Below, in pieces: positions 1-11,511 of a stretch of 64,000 nt of DNA. Below the pieces are notes generated by a model that did no database searches, was not told the DNA's origin, and was given only the letters and a program-made list of their open reading frames with translations. Position 1 is the first letter of the stretch, and each line of letters starts with the position of its first letter. Source of the stretch: Nemertoderma westbladi (lineage: Eukaryota > Animalia > Xenacoelomorpha); NCBI GenBank assembly GCA_032718475.1, contig JAUCBJ010009113.1:11722-75721 (forward strand). The letters are read 5' to 3'. Position numbers and translations under genes: made by a program.

Positions 1-3000
1 GAAATCGACCTCCGCACATTTATCCCTTTTTACTACTACTGTGAGGTTTCTTTGAGACTGACAAGAAATCGACCTCCGCACATTTATCCCTTTTTACTAC
101 TACTGTGAGGTTTCTTTGAGACTGACAAGAAATCGACCTCCGCACATTTATCCCTTTTTACTACTACTGTGAGGTTTCTTTGAGACTGACAAGAAATCGA
201 CCTCCGCACATTTATCCCTTTTTACTACTACTGTGAGGTTTCTTTGAGACTGACAAGAAATCGACCTCCGCACATTTATCCCTTTTTACTACTACTGTGA
301 GGTTTCTTTGAGACTGACAAGAAATCGACCTCCGCACATTTATCCCTTTTTACTACTACTGTGAGGTTTCTTTGAGACTGACAAGAAATCGACCTCCGCA
401 CATTTATCCCTTTTTACTACTACTGTGAGGTTTCTTTGAGACTGACAAGAAATCGACCTCCGCACATTTATCCCTTTTTACTACTACTGTGAGGTTTCTT
501 TGAGACTGACAAGAAATCGACCTCCGCACATTTATCCCTTTTTACTACTACTGTGAGGTTTCTTTGAGACTGACAAGAAATCGACCTCCGCACATTTATC
601 CCTTTTTACTACTACTGTGAGGTTTCTTTGAGACTGACAAGAAATCGACCTCCGCACATTTATCCCTTTTTACTACTACTGTGAGGTTTCTTTGAGACTG
701 ACAAGAAATCGACCTCCGCACATTTATCCCTTTTTACTACTACTGTGAGGTTTCTTTGAGACTGACAAGAAATCGACCTCCGCACATTTATCCCTTTTTA
801 CTACTACTGTGAGGTTTCTTTGAGACTGACAAGAAATCGACCTCCGCACATTTATCCCTTTTTACTACTACTGTGAGGTTTCTTTGAGACTGACAAGAAA
901 TCGACCTCCGCACATTTATCCCTTTTTACTACTACTGTGAGGTTTCTTTGAGACTGACAAGAAATCGACCTCCGCACATTTATCCCTTTTTACTACTACT
1001 GTGAGGTTTCTTTGAGACTGACAAGAAATCGACCTCCGCACATTTATCCCTTTTTACTACTACTGTGAGGTTTCTTTGAGATTGACAAGAAATCGACCTC
1101 CGCACATTTATCCCTTTTTACTACTACTGTGAGGTTTCTTTGAGACTGACAAGAAATCGACCTCCGCACATTTATCCCTTTTTACTACTACTGTGAGGTT
1201 TCTTTGAGACTGACAAGAAATCGACCTCCGCACATTTATCCCTTTTTACTACTACTGTGAGGTTTCTTTGAGACTGACAAGAAATCGACCTCCGCACATT
1301 TATCCCTTTTTACTACTACTGTGAGGTTTCTTTGAGATTGACAAGAAATCGACCTCCGCACATTTATCCCTTTTTACTACTACTGTGAGGTTTCTTTGAG
1401 ACTGACAAGAAATCGACCTCCGCACATTTATCCCTTTTTACTACTACTGTGAGGTTTCTTTGAGACTGACAAGAAATCGACCTCCGCACATTTATCCCTT
1501 TTTACTACTACTGTGAGGTTTCTTTGAGACTGACAAGAAATCGACCTCCGCACATTTATCCCTTTTTACTACTACTGTGAGGTTTCTTTGAGACTGACAA
1601 GAAATCGACCTCCGCACATTTATCCCTTTTTACTACTACTGTGAGGTTTCTTTGAGACTGACAAGAAATCGACCTCCGCACATTTATCCCTTTTTACTAC
1701 TACTGTGAGGTTTCTTTGAGACTGACAAGAAATCGACCTCCGCACATTTATCCCTTTTTACTACTACTGTGAGGTTTCTTTGAGACTGACAAGAAATCGA
1801 CCTCCGCACATTTATCCCTTTTTACTACTACTGTGAGGTTTCTTTGAGACTGACAAGAAATCGACCTCCGCACATTTATCCCTTTTTACTACTACTGTGA
1901 GGTTTCTTTGAGACTGACAAGAAATCGACCTCCGCACATTTATCCCTTTTTACTACTACTGTGAGGTTTCTTTGAGACTGACAAGAAATCGACCTCCGCA
2001 CATTTATCCCTTTTTACTACTACTGTGAGGTTTCTTTGAGACTGACAAGAAATCGACCTCCGCACATTTATCCCTTTTTACTACTACTGTGAGGTTTCTT
2101 TGAGACTGACAAGAAATCGACCTCCGCACATTTATCCCTTTTTACTACTACTGTGAGGTTTCTTTGAGACTGACAAGAAATCGACCTCCGCACATTTATC
2201 CCTTTTTACTACTACTGTGAGGTTTCTTTGAGACTGACAAGAAATCGACCTCCGCACATTTATCCCTTTTTACTACTACTGTGAGGTTTCTTTGAGACTG
2301 ACAAGAAATCGACCTCCGCACATTTATCCCTTTTTACTACTACTGTGAGGTTTCTTTGAGACTGACAAGAAATCGACCTCCGCACATTTATCCCTTTTTA
2401 CTACTACTGTGAGGTTTCTTTGAGACTGACAAGAAATCGACCTCCGCACATTTATCCCTTTTTACTACTACTGTGAGGTTTCTTTGAGACTGACAAGAAA
2501 TCGACCTCCGCACATTTATCCCTTTTTACTACTACTGTGAGGTTTCTTTGAGACTGACAAGAAATCGACCTCCATACATTTATCCCTTTTTACTACTACT
2601 GTGAGGTTTCTTTGAGACTGACAAGAAATCGACCTCCGCACATTTATCCCTTTTTACTACTACTGTGAGGTTTCTTTGAGACTGACAAGAAATCGACCTC
2701 CGCACATTTATCCCTTTTTACTACTACTGTGAGGTTTCTTTGAGACTGACAAGAAATCGACCTCCGCACATTTATCCCTTTTTACTACTACTGTGAGGTT
2801 TCTTTGAGACTGACAAGAAATCGACCTCCGCACATTTATCCCTTTTTACTACTACTGTGAGGTTTCTTTGAGACTGACAAGAAATCGACCTCCGCACATT
2901 TATCCCTTTTTACTACTACTGTGAGGTTTCTTTGAGATTGACAAGAAATCGACCTCCGCACATTTATCCCTTTTTACTACTACTGTGAGGTTTCTTTGAG

Positions 3001-4715
3001 ACTGACAAGAAATCGACCTCCGCACATTTATCCCTTTTTACTACTACTGTGAGGTTTCTTTGAGACTGACAAGAAATCGACCTCCACACATTTATCCCTT
3101 TTTACTACTACTGTGAGGTTTCTTTGAGACTGACAAGAAATCGACCTCCGCACATTTATTCCTTTTTACTACTACTGTGAGGTTTCTTTGAGACTGACAA
3201 GAAATCGACCTCCGCACATTCATCCCTTTTTACTACTACTGTGAGGTTTCTTTGAGACTGACAAGAAATCGACCTCCGCACATTTATCCCTTTTTACTAC
3301 TACTGTGAGGTTTCTTTGAGACTGACAAGAAATCGACCTCCGCACATTTATCCCTTTTTACTACTACTGTGAGGTTTCTTTGAGACTGACAAGAAATCGA
3401 CCTCCGCACATTTATCCCTTTTTACTACTACTGTGAGGTTTCTTTGAGACTGACAAGAAATCGACCTCCGCACATTTATCCCTTTTTACTACTACTGTGA
3501 GGTTTCTTTGAGACTGACAAGAAATCGACCTCCGCACATTTATCCCTTTTTACTACTACTGTGAGGTTTCTTTGAGACTGACAAGAAATCGACCTCCGCA
3601 CATTTATCCCTTTTTACTACTACTGTGAGGTTTCTTTGAGATTGACAAGAAATCGACTTCCGCACATTTATCCCTTTTTACTACTACTGTGAGGTTTCTT
3701 TGAGATTGACAAGAAATCGACCTCCGCACATTTATCCCTTTTTACTACTACTGTGAGGTTTCTTTGAGATTGACAAGAAATCGACCTCCGCACATTTATC
3801 CCTTTTTACTACTACTGTGAGGTTTCTTTGAGACTGACAAGAAATCGACCTCCGCACATTTATCCCTTTTTACTACTACTGTGAGGTTTCTTTGAGACTG
3901 ACAAGAAATCGACCTCCATACATTTATCCCTTTTTACTACTACTGTGAGGATTCTTTGAGACTGACAAGAAATCGACCTCCGCACATTTATCCCTTTTTA
4001 CTACTACTGTGAGGTTTCTTTGAGACTGACAAGAAATCGACCTCCGCACATTTATCCCTTTTTACTACTACTGTGAGGTTTCTTTGAGACTGACAAGAAA
4101 TCGACCTCCGCACATTTATCCCTTTTTACTACTACTGTGAGGTTTCTTTGAGACTGACAAGAAATCGACCTCCGCACATTTATCCCTTTTTACTACTACT
4201 GTGAGGTTTCTTTGAGATTGACAAGAAATCGACCTCCGCACATTTATCCCTTTTTACTACTACTGTGAGGTTTCTTTGAGATTGACAAGAAATCGACCTC
4301 CGCACATTTATCCCTTTTTACTACTACTGTGAGGTTTCTTTGAGACTGACAAGAAATCGACCTCCGCACATTTATCCCTTTTTACTACTACTGTGAGGTT
4401 TCTTTGAGACTGACAAGAAATCGACCTCCACACATTTATCCCTTTTTACTACTACTGTGAGGTTTCTTTGAGACTGACAAGAAATCGACCTCCGCACATT
4501 TATTCCTTTTTACTACTACTGTGAGGTTTCTTTGAGACTGACAAGAAATCGACCTCCGCACATTCATCCCTTTTTACTACTACTGTGAGGTTTCTTTGAG
4601 ACTGACAAGAAATCGACCTCCGCACATTTATCCCTTTTTACTACTACTGTGAGGTTTCTTTGAGACTGACAAGAAATCGACCTCCGCACAATATTTATCC
4701 CTTTTTACTACTACT
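1..4715. repeat. 64-bp tandem satellite, ~73 near-identical copies, truncated by the window start
   Basis: Unit GAAATCGACCTCCGCACATTTATCCCTTTTTACTACTACTGTGAGGTTTCTTTGAGACTGACAA recurs every 64 bp (1, 65, ... 961, 1921). Only scattered substitutions; the array ends about 4690-4715. Confidence 0.98.
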
Positions 4716-6554
4716 CCTCACAATAAAAATAAAACATCTCGCAGCTCCGATCCCTGATTAAAGAAAATATCGACGTTGATGAAATTTTATCAAGTGAAAA
4801 AACCTTTCAGTTCCGCAAAGCAGCAATTTCGACTCTAACCAAGCAATATTAATTGAATATACTGTACTGTATTATATTTGCTATGTATTTTTACTCTTAT
4901 GAGTTAATCTAGCTAAAAACTTACCAAATCGTGTTCGGACAGAATAGTTGAATTTCGCTAATCTAGAATTAAGTGAAAAGCGGTGTTTGTTTTCCGCTTA
5001 TTTTTTCTTATCGAATAATTCAGTAGTCCCTTTTTGTGAATTCTACAACAAAATGAAAAATATACCAACAGCAATTAATTGTATAAAATTTGCTCCAATC
5101 TACATAGTTTCTTGTTTTTGTTTACTTGTACTGTACCATGATTTTTTTTTAGAATGCATCACTTGTTTGAATCTTTTTCTTTACAAAAATGGCGCTTAAA
5201 CCTGTTTATAATGTTTACTGTTCTGTACGTTTTTAACCAGATCCGTGTCGAAAATTAGTGCAATATTTAATTTACTCTTTTTTTAATTATCTTTATGTAC
5301 AAATTATCAACTTTTTTGTCATTATCAATATTTTAAACTGCCAATTTTAATTATAATGCATTAGATATTTCTGTTATTTTTCAACCATCTGATATACCCC
5401 GTAATTGATTATAGGCCTACAGTAATGGTATTGGTATATATATATAGGTACGGCAACCAACCGAATTAATATCAACTACAATTAATTCATTCATTAATAT
5501 TTCCTAATCGTTGCGTTGTTAGTTATACTTATTTGTTTATATTTTACTTTGTTTTCTTTTGGAATAAATCCTACGGGACGAATCCGGGCTGCCTTCATTG
5601 GACGACGAGCAAGTAAGGCGTATACGCGCACGTGTAATGAGACACAACATTCTAGAACATTTTGTTTTGTTTGTGTATCTAAGAAAGAGTGTAGTCATTT
5701 AGGCATACCGATGTTGCCCACCAAATCATGAAATAAATAACCCGTTCTAGAATTTTGTGTTTTTATTTAATAGAATAAATGTCCTAAAGCGAACGATAAT
5801 TCTTGCAATCTTTGAACGTCTATATCATAGCTGCTTCTAAACGAAACTCAGACACTGTTGCATTTATAGTAATATGTACAAATCCCGCGGCTAATATTAA
5901 GAATGTAATTCACACTCTTTTTTTAAAAAAGCTAATAGAAAATCTTTAAAGGCAAAATCCGGTGGCGAATATAACTCCCAACTTTTCCGCTCAAGCATGT
6001 CTGTATGTGGTCTGTTAATCGGTTAGTAGTGTTTGACACAATGGCTATTCATATGGGGGTTTTGGGGGGGGGGGGGGGGGGGGTGATATCATTTCCGACG
6101 TCAGTTTTAATGTTTGGTTGTATCTAATATGTCTGTCAGATAGTTTGTTTGTCTTCTAAATCTTCACGGACAAATTATTTATAAAAAATATTTGAAATCC
6201 CCATTAAATTCTACATCATAAGAACACAAAAATAGGAAAATTGTACCCACCCAAGGTACCATATACTGCACACTTACAGTACCGTTTCCGTTATTAGCTT
6301 TAGCTCCTTAAGCCATACATTTCTACGCCCACATTTTAAAATGTCAATTTCAATAGATTTTCCATGAATAAATATATCGATTCGCTAAAATTTTACAGAC
6401 TCATTTTGTCTTTACAAGATATTATAGAATCTAATAAATTGGCTTGGATCATTGATTGCGAATTTCTTTCTGATTTTTTATGTACCAGATTCACTGAACT
6501 AAAAAATAAATTAAATTTACTGCCAAAAAACTTCGTTAAATCAAAACAAAATGA

Positions 6555-7475
6555 GAGAAAAAAGTAAAAATTGGGCACCAAGGCCGGCCAGAACTCCGGA
6601 AAAAACGGCGTATAATTATTGGACTTATTGCATTTGTGCTAGTGGCGATTGGAGCTGGTGTAATCGGGTGGTTTCTGGCAAATCAAGACAATGAAAATAG
6701 ATTGGGGATACCAACATCGGCAGTCCCAAATACTACCGGCAATGATAGGCCTACTACTGGCTGGGAAGGCATCACTGGGATACAGCTAGTAGTGAGTTAT
6801 CCACCATCGAGAGTACAGCTAGTAGTGAGTTATCCACCACCGAGAGTACAGCTAGTAGTGAGTTATCCACCACCGAGAGTACAGCTAGTAGTGAGTTATC
6901 CACCACCGAGAGTACAGCTAGTAGTGAGTTATCCACCACCGAGAGTACAGCTAGTAGTGAGTTATCCACCACCGAGAGTACAGCTAGTAGTGAGTTATCC
7001 ACCACCGAGAGTACAGCTAGTAGTGAGTTATCCACCACCGAGAGTACAGCTAGTAGTGAGTTATCCACCACCGAGAGTACAGCTAGTAGTGAGTTATTCA
7101 CCACCCAGAGTACAGCTAGTAGTGAGTTATCCACCACCGAGAGTACAGCTAGTAGTGAGTTATCCACCACCGAGAGTACAGCTAGTAGTGAGTTATCCAC
7201 CACCGAGAATACAGCTAGTACTGAGTTATCCACCACCGAGAGTACAGCTAGTAGTGAGTTATCCACCACCGAGAGTACAGCTAGTAGTGAGTTATCCACC
7301 ACCGAGAGTACAGCTAGTAGAGAGTTATCCACCACCGATATTACTACTACCACGACAACAATGACCTCAACCACCATCTCCAATAAGGATGACTTTTATC
7401 ATTCGTTTATCGAATGCAATGCTGCACGACATTGTGATCCCTACACTCATTCTCATATATGCAATATTGCGACAC
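6555..7475 (+). pseudogene. 5' part of a disrupted type II membrane protein gene (signal anchor plus repeat stalk), interrupted by an LTR element
   Basis: The frame of ORF 6636 extends upstream as ELRKKRRIIIGLIAFVLVAIGAGVIGWFLA, a basic cluster followed by a hydrophobic anchor. A 33-bp repeat follows, then an in-frame TGA at 7362 and MTF...AILRH up to the TSD GACAC (7471-7475). The correct frame through the repeat is unresolved. Confidence 0.55.
6781..7338 (+). repeat. 33-bp coding-type minisatellite, ~17 copies
   Basis: Unit AGTACAGCTAGTAGTGAGTTATCCACCACCGAG reads STASSELSTTE (mucin-like) in one frame and VQLVVSYPPPR in another. Confidence 0.95.
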
Positions 7476-8672
7476 TGTAAAAGCTTTTGCGTAATTAGCC
7501 GGTTATTTTCCCTTAAAGTACTCTGTAGTTGGTTTGCCAGGCATAAAAAGGCCGTGCCCTTGCTGTACTGGTGTTTTAGGGGACATAAAAGTCATTTCTT
7601 ATGTATTTGTACTGTATTTGTACTTTAGAGGACATAATCCACAATCTCGTGACGCAATAGCTGGATACTTTGAAAACAGTGTCGCTACCATGACGACGGC
7701 TAGCAGCTGATATTGCCACGTCGACGTTTCTTTGTTTCTTTGTTCTCTCGTTGTTCAGGTTGACCAATCAGAGCGTTTGTTGTCTCTGTGTTGAAGGTGT
7801 ATACAGAAACTCAGTAGTTCAGTGTTATGTTTTTGCCCAGAGCCTAAGAACCGGCTTTTGGCACCTCCGTGTTTTCAGTTTTAGTCTTACACTAGTAGGC
7901 TTAATTATAAGGACATATATCCGTTATCTGATGTCTGATCACTGCATTTATCACAACATAACATACCATACCTAATCAAACAACCTGTGCATACTTTTAT
8001 ATTGTTATACTGCTATTTACTGTCAGTTCTTCATAATATGGTTGATGAATTATTATATTTGGAATAACGATAAATAACCCCGAAACCCAATATTCTTGAT
8101 ATACCGAAGGTAAGAGAGAAGGGTTACATATAACAATTGTGACTTATGTTAAAGTGGTTTGAAGTGAATCTAATGTTATTTGATAGACCCTACATGATTC
8201 GGTCCGTGTTCCTTTTATATATAACTAAAATCAGTGAAGATCGGCAGATCAGTGTGCAGTATTGTGCAGCATTGTGTATGAGTGAACCTGATAACGAAGC
8301 ATTTCCTAAAGAATGCGCCATATATGTGAATTATAACTAAGCCATATCGTTGTGAGTAGTTTAAGTCATAACTCTGTGTATATAGATAGAGCGCCACGTC
8401 CTAAAGGAACTGTTAATATTTCCCGAAGGTGAATAATATTGTCAGAGATTATATAATACTGTCAGTCGAATAATACATTAAGCTTACATAGCAATAAGAT
8501 TAAGCCGTCGAACCCAATCTCCCGGGTATATCCAGCGGGTGAATGATCGCGCACAGATTGGTTTCGACTAGTGTAGTGAATTAAATACTTGTCATAGACT
8601 AAAAGTGATTTATTATCTAGAAGACATCCTAATTTGGCGGGTTAAACTGCCAAAGGTCTGAAAGCGCGAACA
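7476..8672 (+). repeat. 5' LTR of the outer element (1197 bp)
   Basis: TGTAAAAGC...GCGCGAACA. Identical by eye to 35347-36538 apart from a 5-bp indel near 8452. Confidence 0.95.
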
Positions 8673-8683
8673 ATAACGGATAT
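8673..8683 (+). promoter_or_regulatory. Candidate non-tRNA primer-binding site of the outer element
   Basis: ATAACGGATAT abuts the LTR end and is the exact reverse complement of ATATCCGTTAT at 7917-7927 inside the LTR. No TGG-type PBS lies next to the LTR. Confidence 0.6.
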
Positions 8684-8811
8684 TTAGTCTGTATTGCAGT
8701 GTAGGCACTAAATACAGTTTAATATTGTTCTGGTAAGAACAATAACGGATATAGCTTCTTTATTGCAGTAAGCAATAAAGTTGAAAGTACCGGTCAACCG
8801 GTAAACCTGAA

Positions 8812-9680
8812 CGGTACTTCAGTAGGTCAGTAGGCCCAACTGTCAGAACCGGTACTGCCGTAGGTCCGTAGGTCCAACTGCCAGAACCGGTACTTCAGTA
8901 AGTCGGTAGGCCTAACTGTCCTAACCGGTACTTCCCGTATAAGTACAGCAGTATTATTCGATTTTGATAATTATAAGCCGGTAGGTCTTAATAATTAATC
9001 GGGGACGCCTGGTTTTTATTGGGATTTTACTTAGGCCTATTTCTGTCAGTTTTATTTATTTGTAGGCCAGTATTGAGCAGAAGGCGTGTAAGCCTGATCA
9101 GATTGTACAGATAATTTGTAGGTTGGACTGTTGTCTGATTGATGTTAGGTCTGAACGGATTACAGTGTGTGTAGAGCCTGTCCGATAAAGAACGGTTAGG
9201 AAGTAGGGGCAGCGAATGCTGTAAGGTAAACCCCCAACTAAAGAATAAGTCGTACTACTGGGTTAGAACGCATACTACCTAATTATTTCGGAGTCTGCAT
9301 GTCCTGTAGTTTATTTAGGCTTGAGAGTAGTCTGCCATCGTTTAGTCTGTACTTTGTTTGTGTAAGTATATACGGGTAGCGTATAATATTTATTTAGATA
9401 ATTTGTAGGCTGGATAGTTGTCTGGCTGTTATTAGGTCTGAACGGATTGCAGCGTGTGTAGATCACTTGTCCGATAAAGAACGGTTAGGAAGTAGGGGCA
9501 GCGAATGCTGTAAGGTAAACCCCCAACTAAAGAATAAGTCGTACTACTGGGTTAGAACGCATACTACCTAATTATTTCGGAGTCTGCATATACCGTAGTT
9601 TGTTTAGGCTTGATGGTAGTCTGTCAGTGTTCGGTCTGCATTTTGTTTGAGTAGTTTGTACGCGTAGCGTAATATTTATT
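8812..9680. repeat. Tandem repeats in the outer element 5' UTR (38 bp x3; ~288 bp x2)
   Basis: CGGTACTTCAGTAGGTC... starts at 8812, 8850 and 8888; AGATAATTTGTAGG... starts at 9109 and 9396 with a long shared core. Confidence 0.85.
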
Positions 9681-10985
9681 ATTCAGAGTTTATGCGATTA
9701 TCCGCAACATTCATTCCCCAAGTTTGTTCCTACAGTAATTGTGTTTGTTATACATACCGCTATAGTTAAATTAACCCCGGTACTACACGGGCTGCTTGGC
9801 GTAGGTAAAGACTGGTGATTTTGTGCATCGGTCACTCCAGCAGATGCCGTGGTTCTTTTAGCTGTTCAAGTATATTTAACTACTGATTATCTGATTATAC
9901 AAGTACTCGTACCTAATTAGGGTTTAGTGTACAGTGCTTTCCGAAAGTAATTAGTGTAGGCATTATATTTGTGTTGTAAAGTGGTTGATAGGCACGTTCG
10001 ATTAGCTCTATTAACTTCTAGGTAGGAACACTCCGTGATACATAACGTAGAACCTATAGCGATACGGCTATAGGTCGTCAGGCGGTGGTATTTTCCTATC
10101 TGGACAACGCAGTGTATTTACTACTACGTTTTATTTTCAAATACCGCAGTACCCTGTCCGTTGTAATAACCAGATTTCTAACCCTTTGTTAGGCTGGTTT
10201 GTAGACTTCTTGTAAAATTACCCAGAAAATTCGTATTTTGTGTTTTTGTAAATTTTTGTGTTTATTTAGAGATTGTAATCTCACCCGAATTGTACGTAAT
10301 TTGTAGTATTAAGTAACTTAGGTAAATTAGAATTATTTGTTTTAGTGTCCTATAAGTAACACTTCACTGAAAGCGCACCGCTTTGTGTAGTGATTACTCC
10401 CCAGAAATAATAACATTTATTTCAAATATTGACAAAACCCATTAAACGGGTATATATATATTATAAATCAACTCAAACGATTTATAAATAGTAGGCCTGC
10501 CATACAACCATTAGGTCTCAATATCAGTTGGACTACTGCTCAAATAATGGTAATAAAGTAAGTAAAGTAACAAAGTAACCCTAAAATTCAGAAATTCAAT
10601 TATTTAAAATAATTGATATACCGGTATTTACGATAAGCCTATTATCTTTATTTCTATAAATTTAGGCTGAAATTATACCGGTACTTGTAATTAATTCTAG
10701 TCCAGAATTATATATACTACAAACTGTAAGCTGTATACCGGTATTCCCGATAGGCCTATTATATATTTATATATATTTGTGCTAAAATTATACCGGTATT
10801 CTGTGATAAACCTAGTCTGTAATAATACTTTTATAGTTATATATACTATAAGCATACCGGTGTTCTAATATATTATATATATATCCTACTACACTGAGTA
10901 GCAGTATCGGTAATTAATTACTAGGCTAGCAGTTAATACTGAGTTACTAGACTTGCTCAGACTGTAATACAGCAGTAGACATTCA

Positions 10986-11511
10986 ATGGTATACATAGAT
11001 ATGTCTGATACTAAGCAGAACCTGTCAGACAGTTTATTAGATGTAACTATCTGTGACTCAGATAGAGACGTAGAACCGTCTGGTCGTAAGTTCAGTTCAC
11101 CTCCCACTGTGAGGAAGGTCATCCCTCCTATAGTAATAACCGAACCTAGGCTGGTCCAACATCGTAGGTCTATCATAGGCACTCGAGCTCAGGTCAAGCG
11201 GGACCAAGAAGCAGCAGAACAGCAACAACCCGCGAGACAAGAACTTATTTCTCAGCGGCCCAACAGTTCCGGTAGTGATCATACTGTAGAGCTGACACCT
11301 GAGCGCGGAGCAAAGATGACGGATGCGGTTTATTCGGATCCCCTTCTCATCCTTCCTGCAGCCGTACTCACCAGGTTATTGATCGCTGTGGAAGAACACC
11401 AGATCGATTGGGCGAGAAGCCAGCGTTCAACTAGAGATAGTTATGCTGGATACACAAGAGAAGAACTGAAGTCCATGGTCGAGTCGCAATGGAACTTCCC
11501 CGGACCCGGAC
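10986..11511 (+). pseudogene. N-terminal part of the outer element gag, split by the nested insertion
   Basis: Removing 11512-28415 joins ...WNFPGPG to LPFDLSEAAWEDIHRMGVAKE..., in frame with the ORF at 28460. Confidence 0.9.

Noticed and set aside
1-4715. CRISPR array or hammerhead-containing satellite
   Set aside because: Units are contiguous with no unique spacers. CTGACAAGAAA does not match the CUGANGA...GAAA core with the required stems.
6772-7383. Minus-strand 203-aa ORF (LAVLSVVDNSL)n
   Set aside because: Antisense reading of the 33-bp repeat; the flanking anchor and FReD signals are on the + strand.
8731-8745. TGG at 8731 as a tRNA PBS for the outer element
   Set aside because: It is 58 nt from the LTR end and is not followed by a tRNA 3'-end complement I can recognise.
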